Shown here piece after piece: positions 19,500 through 31,565 of a stretch of 64,000 bases of DNA. Below the pieces are notes generated by a model, which did no database searches, was not told the DNA's origin, and saw nothing but the letters and a program-made list of their open reading frames with translations. The DNA lies in the NCBI GenBank assembly GCA_951406725.2, contig OX597828.1, positions 77,004,001 to 77,068,000 on the forward strand. Direction: 5' to 3'. A program made the translations under genes and the position numbers. Origin of the DNA: Octopus vulgaris (Eukaryota). Within the stretch, counting starts at the first letter, position 1. Every line of letters begins with the position of its first letter.

Positions 19500-20200
19500 C
19501 CTAAATATTTAGAAGAAGCACACATTATCTCACTACTCAGTGACTCCCTATGAGATACTAAACGATACGACTGTATTGGAATATAAAATATTGAAATGGT
19601 ACTCCCGGAATGAACTACTATAAAAGTAATTTCTAGCATGAAACAAACAGAAGGTAATAACGGATATGCAAAAGAATTAGTAGATAAATCTATTGAACAC
19701 AGGAAAAAGGAATTAAATACACAGCATCAAACAAGCATTATATAACGAGTATCATGGGAAGCAAGGATATACTGGTTGTAGAATATAACAATGTTAAAGT
19801 AAAACTCGTAAACCAGAGGACGAAATTCCTTTAGACCCTGTCATAAATTTACCCATGTATTGTTTACTAAAGGACCAAAATGTCATCCCTCATCAACCCA
19901 GAAGCTTAAAAACTGTTCAGCAAGTATTTATTTAGATACTACTACGTGGACACGAAAGTTGTAAAAGTTCATGACTGGAACATTTTATTGGCCATACAAG
20001 TACAAATGTTTTACGCGGACTTTGTATGCACTTACACGAATCCATTGAAATTCACTACATCGCACCAACATAAAGCAAACTGGGGAAAATATTATATTAC
20101 AAGCCGGCTAACATATACAGAGCACACACCTCTCCTACCCTTATTAAATGAATGAAGATGAAAGGTAATAATATCACAGAATGATAGCAAACATAGATTA
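19500..20200 (+). mobile_element. Decayed Penelope-like element ORF (RT thumb plus GIY-YIG endonuclease)
   Basis: MKQTEGNNGYAKELVDKSI at 19638 (the PLE NNGYP motif) and HFIGHTSTNVLRGLCMHLHESIEIH at 19981 (like YIGxT..RRL.MHL..SI..H). Many stops; boundaries approximate. Confidence 0.65.
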
Positions 20201-21385
20201 CACCTTGATTCAAGACGAGTTCACATCTAGAAAACATGGCATCTTTACCAACACTGTAAAATATCCATATCTATTATAAAGCTACATAACACACATAACC
20301 TATTATAACAGCAGACACGATTGATTATTCCTAACACCAGGTCCTCTCTGATGGGGATGATCTATGATCTAATTTCAGCAGAGTATATTATCTAATGTAC
20401 GCTATCGTGCTTCTGACTATAGTATGCAAATTCAGGAAACGGTTAGCTGCGTTTTTTAGCAGATTGTAGAACCTTTCAAACGCACTCTTATAATTGAGAA
20501 GATAAACTGAAAAATAAATAACTGTGTTACATACGTCAATATACTATTTATCTTCCAGATTTAGGATAAAGTTAACAAATGAGAAACTAGGTAAATAAAT
20601 GGTAGAATCGTTCTTATGCTCATATATGGTGGATTATTTCATGTATTTTACCGACCGCAGAGACATTGTATGCCATATCTACCTCGGCAGGATTCGAACG
20701 TTAAATTACACAAGTCAATGCAGCAAGGGATTATGTTTGATTCTCTATCAGTTCTGCCAATCCACTGCCCTGGTGGTGTGAAGTATTAAACGAAATGTTT
20801 GTCTAGTGACGTTTTTATCGATTTATCAAGAACAAGTTGAAATAATATGCAAGATAGTCGTCATTCAGACGCCACCTAATTCGTCTTATTAAGAAACTCA
20901 ATTAGAATCAGCCAATCGGAGCGTTGTTGATATGAACGCTTTCACTAAACAAAAGTGAGCAAAACATTAAAAAACAACAACAACAACATTAATAATAATG
21001 ATAATAAAGAATTAACGTACAATTTCACTATGTTTTGGAAAGTGCAGGTTTTTATTTTTATTTTGAAGCCAAAACAGATCTAATGAATCAAGCCGCTTCT
21101 AGGATTATTCTCTAATAAGATCATTCACAGTCTCCAGAATATAACAATACTCGGTCTCCTATTCTAATTGTAAACATTTTACAAGACAATATCTGAAAAA
21201 TCATCTTCGCTTTTCTCCTGCAAAGAACACCGTATGCTCTTAGTTACCAAGCATTCTATTCTATTTACAATATTTCTTTCAGTAATACAATGTTTTTTTC
21301 CATAAAACTGGAGCAATTATTAACTCATTTGACTTAAGAAATCAATGAATATATTTCTCTCTTGTATTTGGGCACACGGACTTAC

Positions 21386-21596
21386 TGGCGGCGTATTGGC
21401 CACGTCTCCATAATTCTGCTGTTTCGAAATCTGAACGATGCGAATCTGATTCCCAGTCGATATATGGCTGACACGTTAATCCCCCAACGCTGTCCAAGCT
21501 AGAATTAATAAGAAACAACCACCTGTTGTTCTGGTTGTTATGTTTGTTTGAGGGAGTTATATTATGGTTGTTGAGCTGGCCAGAAATATCAACCAT
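21386..21596 (-). CDS. Candidate first coding exon of an unidentified host gene (MVDISGQL...ELWRRGQYAA, phase 1)
   Basis: Non-repetitive open frame with agtATGG start context, ending at the consensus donor CCA|GTAAGT. Product not recognised. Confidence 0.35.
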
Positions 21597-21674
21597 ACTT
21601 CCACCAATTTTACACGCTAGTTGTATTTTTCAAGAAAGACACACCGAAGGAAATAGCTCTTGATATAGAAAAAT

Positions 21675-21694
21675 ATTGGCTGGTCATGTGACCA
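21675..21694 (-). promoter_or_regulatory. CCAAT box next to a palindromic E-box (TGGTCACATGACCA)
   Basis: Plus strand attggctggtcatgtgacca, about 80-100 bp upstream of the candidate ATG. Motif match only. Confidence 0.25.
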
Positions 21695-21831
21695 TACGCT
21701 CGATCGATCAGTAACAATATCAAGATAACAACAAATCTGTAAATCAATCGATCACACTTAAGTTAAATTTTTATGAGAAATTAATTCTCTCGGTAAACAT
21801 TCCTTAATCTACTTTCGCAAATATTATTCGT

Positions 21832-22140
21832 GTCCCCCAACAATCATGCTAGTCACCAATGCCCATGTTCGTTCCTAACAATCATGCTAATGCCCAACAA
21901 TCATGCTAATTCCCAACAATCATGCTAGTCAACTACAATCATACTAGTCTCCAATATTCATACTCGTCGTCCCCAGCAATCATGCTAATCCCCAACAATC
22001 ATGAAAGTCACCAACAAACATGCTCGTCTCCCAAAATCTTGCTAGTCCCCCAACAACCGTGTTAATCCCCAGCAATCATGCTAGTCACCAACAGTCTTGC
22101 TAGTCCTCAGCAATCAAGCTAATCACCAATAATCATGCTA
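21832..22140. repeat. Minisatellite with a ~20-22 bp unit (ccccaacaatcatgctagtc), about 14 diverged copies
   Basis: Repeated caacaatcatgcta motif. Confidence 0.9.
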
Positions 22141-24107
22141 TTCTAACCCATATTGGTAAATATCTTCTCAAAATATTTACTAATTTCTTGTCAGTAAATT
22201 TAAACGAATTTTCGCTGACATACTGTCAAAACAAAGATATGATCCAGCAATATTTCAGCTTCATTCAGTCTTCATATCAATTTCCTTATCATCGCTCACC
22301 AATCATCATTTCCAACCAACAGTAACTATATCACTCAACACTCAGACTGAATATCACTCACCAATTTCCCCACCCCCATTAGAATGTTTATTTACAAAAT
22401 ACAATATGGGATTCCTTGATAAGCAAGCAATACTAAGTAAATCTACCTCTAATGATATTTTGTTCTCATGAAATACGACACGAAATATAGAAACAACGTA
22501 CAGTAGTCCTAAATGGGCAATATTTGTTGAAAAACTCGGAAGTAATAGATGGAGACGTCTTTGATAATTAATCTGCTTAATTACAGCTGCCAACAAGAGC
22601 GGCTACTCATATTGAAGTTTATCAATGTCATAAATAAACCCAGTACCAATTCTTATAAATATAGGTTCAATGCAAACTACCATTTCTGTTCTCTTACAAA
22701 ATTATAATTATTTAAGAAGTCAAGTAATGGTATACGTAAGCAACCGGTTTTTAATTAATTAATTGAATTAGATTTCTTAGACGGAGGTAATTCTAAGACA
22801 AGACGGGGATTATTTCATGAAAATAAAAACAAAAATACCCTATGAATGCCTTTTAAACTGTGGTTTATTTTCTCTCTATAAGAATTGTGTGGCTTCGAAA
22901 AACTTTAATTTACCGTAATTTAATTGCCTTGGGTTACGTGATGCTGACGATTCTAAAATGGGATGAAATAGCGCTATATATGGATACGGATGACTGGACA
23001 TTTTAAAATCTTTATAATGTGCAAGAAAACGAAATATTAAATGTGTATATTCTGTGCATCTTTTTCTTTACTTTTCGATTGAAAATACAAACTTTCAATA
23101 CCGCTTTAGTTTAATGTAAAAGGCATTGTCTCCCTTTTGATATCTCACCAAGAGCTCAGAACCATATGTATAAGATTTAATTTCACGTCTTTGACATGTT
23201 TTGAAGAAAGAAATAAGATTTTATTTTCGGCATTCAAAGAACCACTATAGACATGTTTCTTTCAGTTAGACTTCACCAGCTTTGCATAATCTATTGCAGC
23301 TTACTTGATCAGCTGATAAAATGTTTCATATAGGTACGAAAAACATTTGTTCAGTATTATCTCAAAATCCAAGAAATATTTTACTTCTTGCTGCCTACAT
23401 AATATTAAATGTTTAAGTATAGCCTGACAGTCCAGTCGCTGCTTGATCGACAAAGAGAGATGAAACTTATACAATAACCATCTTTATTAAATAAACGTTT
23501 TCTGGTAGAAAATCGTCAATATTTAATACTTTTTTTTATTAAATTACATTTCTTCCCGTTGTGAACAAACGAACGCAATGTAGTCATTTAAAGTTTCTTT
23601 GAGAAATAGCTGTCTATATAAGTGTATTGTTCTTCCACTTTCAGTGCTTTCGCAATGCACAGTATCCAGGGCAACATCTAGCTGTTTAAAGTTTTATGAG
23701 GAAAACAATATGGTCGCTTTTTGGTCACGAGTTAGATCCCATTACGTGACATTTAATGCAAAAGTCTTTTGCTATCACCTTGTGTTGTGTACCTTTTCAG
23801 CGCCATTGGGTTAACGGAAACTCTAGAGAGCCAGGTCGGAGAGGTTAAAACTCTAACCTAATAAGTCTACATTCAACCCGTGGGTTTCTTTAATGGTAGA
23901 AGAGTCTGTGGAATACCCAGCCATATACATGTCAATTCAATGAGCTGGTAAAAAAATAATACTAATCAAAGAAACTAACCGAGATCCATAAGGTATACGA
24001 AGTTGAAAGTACAAAGAGTTCAGGGAACAGAATAAAGTTTGTGGTGTGTGAAAGAAGAGAACTGACGACGTAATTCATATTCCACTATTTGGTGAAAACT
24101 GGGGTCC

Positions 24108-24259
24108 TTTACATTATTTACATTATTTACATTCGACGGATATTTGTCCTCATCTTGTTTGTTGTTAACACAACGTTTCGGCTAATATACCCTCCAGCCT
24201 TCTTCAGGTGTCTTGGGGAAATTTCGAATGTGAGTTCTCATTCCTAAGGTATTTTTCGG

Positions 24260-24338
<79 letters not shown>

Positions 24339-24454
24339 GTTCAGGTCACTGCTTGGAATCGAACTCGGAATCTTGGGGTTAGTAGCCCGCGCTCTTAACT
24401 ACTACGAATGTATAATAATGTGATAATTCCTCATCTTTTAAATATAGAACTGTA
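24108..24454 (-). mobile_element. Composite tRNA-head + HHR + Penelope-like-tail element, copy 1, with short inverted end
   Basis: tRNA-like head 24344-24406, (TAA)n spacer and HHR 24167-24212. 24407-24454 is an inverted copy of the family 3' terminus seen at 38434. Confidence 0.8.
24167..24212 (-). ncRNA. Minimal type-I hammerhead ribozyme, intact core
   Basis: GACAC CUGAAGA A GGCUG gagggUaUaU UAGCC GAAA CG UU GUGUU. Stems I and II pair; stem III is the loopless palindrome AACGUU. Confidence 0.8.
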
Positions 24455-24499
24455 CTAGAGTCCTTTAGTTGTTCAGGTGCGCGTGTATGAGCATTTGCG

Positions 24500-24565
<66 letters not shown>

Positions 24566-25507
24566 ATGTATGCGTGTGTGTGATTATTTGCATAAATACC
24601 AGCTCCAAACGACATATGTTACATACAACTATTACAAGCATATATGCTATATACAGCCATTACGAGCGTTTGTAAAAGCAGAGAGTCAGGATTTGCGACG
24701 AGCAGCTTCTAGCGAAAACTAAGACTTATTTCTACAGAGTAATTGTGCGTTTGATAAGAGAAACACTGCAAAAATATCTTTGGAGAAATTCAATTTTGAT
24801 CCTAATCAAAGAACAAAGGAGAAGTTATTTGTTTAAGATGGCTTACAGTACAATAGACGTAAAGAGCAGGTGTCGTTTATTAGTCAGTTGATGTTGAATG
24901 TCATGGAGGATTTTTATTAGGTATATTATTCTACAACGGTTTCCAAGTGAGAAATTTCAGAAGTTTGCAGGTATGAATAGACACGACAACAGCAAATGTA
25001 GATTTGTTGTCATCGCTCGAGATGCATGTCAGAGAAATATCGATATTTTCAAGTGAAACTAAACGGAACTTGCGCTGTTTTATGAGCAAGCATCTGTGAT
25101 CAATTTATCGAAAATAGCATATACACTCAAATACATAATCAAGTTTCCTTTAGGAATGGAAGATGAATTTTCATAAATTGATATTTAAATTGTTCGTATT
25201 TAGAGCTGACGACCATCCATTGTTGTGTTACAAATATAATGAATGCACAATGAGATAATATTTACGTAAAATGTCTTGTCTTATTAAATCCGCATGACAG
25301 TAAGTTTAAACAGAAAAAAAACCCCCACAAAACAACGAATGTTACATATGCTCTTAAATTCAATATAAAACCTCCAGTTCGCTATTCTGTTGTTTTCACT
25401 CTTTTCGCAATGAGTATTCATAGAGATTAAATTAACAGCAAGCTTAAAATTGAGTACGAAATTAAATTGATGAAAATGATTATGTGCAGTAAATATTATA
25501 TGTATAT

Positions 25508-25691
<184 letters not shown>

Positions 25692-26366
25692 ATATATATA
25701 TATATATATATATAAACACACACATATAAGATTAATTCAAGGATTATATTTTCGCAGTACGAATAAAAATGTTTATTGCGGTTTTATTATTCGATTTCAA
25801 TAAATATACTTATTTGAAATGATGCCGTGTTTGTACATTTGTTAGTAAATTTTAACCGTCAAATATGTGTAGTTGCATGCAACATTTCTCTGCCAGCATG
25901 AGTTGGTTTACCTTATGCACAATTACGCTTATTCTTTGCATGTTGGACAGTTCAAAGGTGAAATAAGAGTTTTCTTTTATGAGTTTGAATTTGTAAGGAA
26001 GCTCCTACGAAGTTTTCCTTTCATAGGCTACATTTTCACAGTGAAACTGAATACGTGCTTATAAAACATATATGCTTTCTGTTTACACAAATAGTCAAGG
26101 CATTAATTGTGTTCTATGTAGTGTGTGTGTGTGTGTGTGTGTGTGTAAGTGTGTCTCTGTATGCCTGTGCGTATCTGTGTATACATATATATATATACGT
26201 TCAGCAAAATTTAGATTCAAATGAATGTGGTACCTAAATTTGATGCACCAGAATTTTGTACAGTGTTATCCATATAAATCCATGGGGTGATTATAATCAA
26301 AATAAGAAACAAGAATATCTTCGGTAATTTGGGAATTACCGACGATATTCTTGTTGCTTATTTTGA

Positions 26367-26433
<67 letters not shown>

Positions 26434-26663
26434 TACGTATACATATGTGCATATATACATATTTAAATATACTTATATGTATATATATATATATATGAAT
26501 ATATGAGTAGTTGAATGAATTATCTTATTAAGGATAATTCGAAAGATAACCGATACCTGGGTAGCAAATTCACATCAGAAAGAACACGGTTGAAGTTACG
26601 TCCCTAGGGCATAGACTACGTGCTTTCGTGCGGAAATTTGTCTGTTTATTTTAATCATATAAG

Positions 26664-26779
26664 TTTATGAAAGAATGGAGTTGAACGATTTGTTAACAAA
26701 TTTCGAAACATATGTCGAAACATACGTCGAAAATAAAGGAAATTTGTTAACAAGTCGTTCAACTCCATTCTTTCATAAA
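26664..26779. repeat. 41 bp inverted repeat (1 mismatch) with tandem HHR stem-III-like units in the spacer
   Basis: 26664-26704 versus 26739-26779; spacer gaaacatatgtc gaaacatacgtc gaaaataaag. Confidence 0.85.
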
Positions 26780-27009
26780 AATATATATGAATATATGTAT
26801 ATATAAACGTATATGTAAACATATATATGTATATATGTATGTGTGTATATATATATATATATGTATGTATGTATGAACGTATGTATATATATATATATGT
26901 AAATATTTGTGTATATATTTTTCCTTTTTCTCTGAGCGTAAAACTAATACACATACATGTTATTCCTACACATGTCTTTGTTTTTCTATAAATTTACACT
27001 GTGTGTATG

Positions 27010-27070
<61 letters not shown>

Positions 27071-27249
27071 AGATGTAGATATATATATATATATATGTAT
27101 ATATAGATATAGATATAGATATAGATATAGATATACAAACATATGTACATATATATACATATATATATATACATACGTATATATATATAAATATATACAT
27201 AAATATGTATATGTACATATAAAGATCTATGTATATACACGTATGAACG

Positions 27250-27288
<39 letters not shown>

Positions 27289-27556
27289 GTATATATACAT
27301 ATTTATATATATTTATACGTATATATGTATATGCGTATATATAATATTTGTATGTATAAACACACACATATATATATATACACACGCATATGTATATGTG
27401 TGTGCGTGTGTCAATACAAGAAGATACTATAAAAATATATTAATATATGAAGATATATTAAACACATCATTGTATGAGTGGTTCGCTGGCAATTAAAAAC
27501 AAAACAGGAATTAATAAAAATATATAAAAAAAGGGTGCAAATTAGCACCACCGATT

Positions 27557-27632
27557 GCTAAAAATAAGAGTTAAAATTAACTCTAAGTGTTTTTCAATGC
27601 TTTTAGAGTTAATTTTGACTCTTATTTTTAGC
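27557..27632. repeat. 30 bp inverted repeat or tiny foldback element
   Basis: gctaaaaataagagttaaaattaactctaa ... ttagagttaattttgactcttatttttagc. Confidence 0.8.
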
Positions 27633-28363
27633 TACATTATATATATGTAGAGAGAGATCGAGTGAGAGAGAGAAATAATTAAGATTCAGTTGAATTAGGT
27701 ACTTAAGTTGAAGCGCCAAGTCAATGCGGTATTATCCACACAGCTTAAAGTAAGGTGAATAAAATCAAAATAAGTAACAGGATATCCAGAGGTGATGCGG
27801 TACGAACGTTTCAAGCAGCTCCATTTAATTGAACTATACGATCATTTCATCAATTTAAATGCAATGCTATCCTCAGTTTCACATTTATATAATTATACTC
27901 AAATACTCTAATAGAGCAAGAAGATAGAAAAAATCCATGTTGTCGCTATTGTAGCTAAGAATAGACAACACTTCCAAGACATGCATGAAGATTGTTGGGA
28001 TCATAGCTTGTAAAGGATTGTGGTTCATTTTTGATTTATTAATCTTTTTAGCAAGTACTAAATCTAAGACTAGAAGACTGTATTTAATTATTCATAGTCT
28101 AATATAATATTTCGTAACATAAAAATTCCTTCTTCAGATATTGCTAGGAATTAATGGAGTCACTATTATAATAGTTTTTTCCAACGGTTACTGAAATTTG
28201 TAGGAAGCGTCTCTGCAGTGGTCTCACGAAGCTGCTTCCGGAATTCCTCGTGTGAAGTGCGTGAGTGCGGTCATGTCTCGAGCTCGTTGGCATATCTGCA
28301 GCGTGTATATATATATATATTTGTTGTGCAAGATCTTTTATGTGAAATCGTGTGTTGAAACAG

Positions 28364-28722
28364 ATATTGTTGTATTTTGGAATGGTCATTTTGCCAGCTT
28401 AGCCACTATATATTTGGTGTTACTTTGCTTCAGTGTTATTTATTTTTTACATTAATCTTAATCTTATTTCGGCCAGAGTTCTTTCGTAACACTCCTGTGA
28501 TCGCATTAGTGGTGCTTTGCTTTCTTCTTTCTTATTTGTGTGTCTCTTCTTACTAACCGTCAGCCATTTTGTGATGCGGTCACAGGAATGTGACGAAAGA
28601 ACTCTGGCCGAAATAAGATTAAGCTTAATGTAAAGAAATAAATAAAACTGAAGCAAAGTAACACCAAATATATAGTGCGTGTGTTTTTATTGGCTAAACT
28701 GGCAAAATGACCATTCCGAAAT

Positions 28723-28732
<10 letters not shown>
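28364..28732. repeat. Inverted repeat (~145 bp arms), Penelope-like termini with an HHR-like fold
   Basis: 28364-28506 versus 28574-28732; consensus of the two arms is CCA CUGAUGC G GUCAC aggagu GUGAC GAAA GAAC UC UGG. Confidence 0.75.
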
Positions 28733-28784
<52 letters not shown>

Positions 28785-28835
28785 CTGGAACTTACTAAAA
28801 AAAAGAAACAAAAGCCGAAGGCGGGTGTGTAACCT

Positions 28836-29790
28836 ATGCCTCTCTTTCATATAGCGTGGCTTGGATGGCAGCTCCTTAAACAGCAAAATCTCTCGCCCGA
28901 TAACCTTAAATTCATGCCCGAAGAAATCACACGACTCTGTCGCAACGTGTTAGTCGAAATCTCTGAGATGATAGTAACGTTGATCATCAAAGCAGTCTAT
29001 CATGGACTAATAGCCAGATTAGTACCTCCCACTTTGAAGGGTATGCGTTGGGAATCCAGGAACAGAAAATATATATATCAAATACCTGATGCACAAAAGG
29101 GACAGTGATGCGGGAAATGCAGTAAATTGTGATAACCGATGCAGATTCTATGGAGTTGACACTGAAGATATCGCCCACGTAATAAACATTTGTCCGAAAA
29201 TGTCATCACGGTATTATCTACCTAGGAGACATGATGTTGTAGGTAGGACATTACATAATGAAATTCGTCAGCAGGAAAACCCCGAAGACAAAGAAAAAAG
29301 AACCGACAGTATGGTAGAAGCCATAGCCACTCATAATAAAAACGCGCACCGGTGGAATATCCCAGTGGAGACCTCAATAAAATGTAAGCACAACAAACTT
29401 AATATAATGATTTGGGATAAAGAAGAGAAATTGTGCACAGTTGTGGCAATTAGGTGCCCAGCGAATGTTAACATAAAGCTGAGGAGCAGTGAAAAAGAGA
29501 ATACTTACGGCGAACTACTGAGAAATCTGCAGTTAGTCTATCCACGTTACAAGTTCAGGTTTATACCTACAATTAATTATTGGGACACTGGGAAATGAAA
29601 CACACTGCGTAAATACCAATCTTGAGAAATTAGGTTTCTGAAAGCAAGAAAGGACAAAGCTAAGTCGAAGACTACAGATCCAGTCCATCACTGGAACTGT
29701 AAAAATCTGTAAAACTTTCCATAAATTTATCATTTAAGTATATATGACCATGTCTAGATATGCAACTATATACATGAGAATACAAACCTT
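28836..29790 (+). mobile_element. Second, divergent R4-like RLE non-LTR retrotransposon 3' fragment (decayed)
   Basis: VDHQSSLSW..HFEGYALGIQEQ, CRF...EDIAHVINIC..RRHD, HNKLNIMIWD..IRCPAN..EKENTY; C-terminus LQIQSITGTVKICKTF with a stop at 29735. Confidence 0.8.
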
Positions 29791-29970
29791 CACATATACA
29801 TACACACACATATATACATACATACATATATACATACACATGTGTTGTGAGTGTAGGGTGGTGAGAGAAAGCATGTTACATGCATGTCTGAAAATCTTCG
29901 TCACAAATATAAACACACGCATACACACATGCACACACACACACATATATATATGCATACATGTATCTAC

Positions 29971-30008
<38 letters not shown>

Positions 30009-30071
30009 CCACACACACACACACATTCTATGTGTGTGTGTGTATATATAGTAAATTAAAACTATATATAT

Positions 30072-30258
30072 AGGTGGAATTTACTAAATAAAAAAACCAA
30101 GATGGGTGTGCAAAGAACAAACAGATGTATTAGTTTAACGCTCGGGAATTGAGAAAGTATTTTACGTTTCGAGCCTACGCTCTTCAACAGAAAGAAACAC
30201 GGAAATAAACAGAGAGAGAAAATAAAAAAGGTTTAATGGCTAGCGATCAATCATGGCG
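30072..30258 (-). mobile_element. Short HHR-like non-autonomous Penelope-type element (family H2)
   Basis: Reverse complement resembles 37425-37623; fold at 30158-30195 is UCUUU CUGUUGA A GAGC guag GCUC GAAA CG UA AAAUA. Confidence 0.7.
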
Positions 30259-30272
30259 AATGTATGTATCTA

Positions 30273-30320
<48 letters not shown>

Positions 30321-31297
30321 TAGAGCATAGATACATACAATCATCCATGTATAAATAGATACAAACTTTGTTTCCTTATCTACGTTCCAATGATGGCACT
30401 TTTGATCGATGTTAGAAACCAGCTACTTCCTTACAGAATGATTTCAAATAATTGAAATTCGAAGAGAACGTACAAAAATATATACATACATCTGAGATGT
30501 GGCTGGTACAAAATGACATTCTATAAGCTCATAAATTGTGATGACACTTATCGAGAGAGTCCACAGCGCTCATTTTAATCATTCGTTATTATTTACTTAT
30601 AATATTAAATTAAATCATAGGAATAAAAGTATCGTGATAATGCGTGTTAATACAAGTTAATGTGTAGTAATACGTGATAATATTCAATAATATGTGATAA
30701 TACGTGACATTGTCCAATTTAAATGATCGTCCTTCGTATATCACGGATGTTAACAGTCTGCTTTTATTACTGACGATGAAAGATATATCCCCGCTAGCCT
30801 TCAATCAAATATTACTAGTTTCCTATTGAGATATACCCATTGTTCTCTTGTATTGTTGTATAGCATTGTTAAGTTTATTTCCAGAATACTTTTATGTTGT
30901 AATTATTGCATTTATTAATCAGGGTAAAAGGCAAAGAATATCTGCTACTCTATACAAATGCTTAATTGAACTGGTTGCGTGATTAGTTTGTGAAATAGTC
31001 TAAAGTTTCTTGTGGACTTTTATGCGGTCTTGTATTACTGTAGAGTATTATATGTTGACGATTTAATAGAAATATGGTTGGTCTGTGTGTCCTATCAAGG
31101 ACGTTTACATCTCGATAAAGTCGATGTTGAGATCAACCTTCTGGTCTCATCGATTTCCTTGACATTTATATCACTCTATTGATCTGGTCTTCCGTGTGCG
31201 ACTTATACATATGTGTGTGTGTGTATGCATATATATGTATGTGTATATATAAATAAATAGATACATATATATTTATTTTCTTTTTATTCCGGTGCTT

Positions 31298-31490
31298 TTT
31301 TCAGTCATTTGACTGCGGCCATGCTGGAGCGACCCATTTAGTCCAACGAATCTACCTTACGACTTATTCTTTGTAAGATTTGTATTTATTCTATCGGTCA
31401 ATTTTCCCGAACCGCTAGATTACAGCGACGTAAACACACCAACACGGGTTGTCAAGCGATGGTTGGGAGACAAACGCAGACACACAAATA
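31298..31490 (-). mobile_element. SINE family B, 3' half
   Basis: tttcagtcatttgactgcggccatgctggagc..ccgaaccgcta..ggttgtcaagc is the reverse complement of 37105-37270. Confidence 0.85.
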
Positions 31491-31519
31491 CATGCAAAAA
31501 TACATAAATATATTATATT

Positions 31520-31565
<46 letters not shown>

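Noticed and set aside
20390-20506. Possible second exon for the 21386 candidate (acceptor tatttttcAG, open in phase 1)
   Set aside because: It ends in a stop after about 39 codons with no recognisable product; chance is as likely.
21832-22140. CRISPR-like array
   Set aside because: Units are contiguous without unique spacers, there are no cas genes, and the context is eukaryotic.
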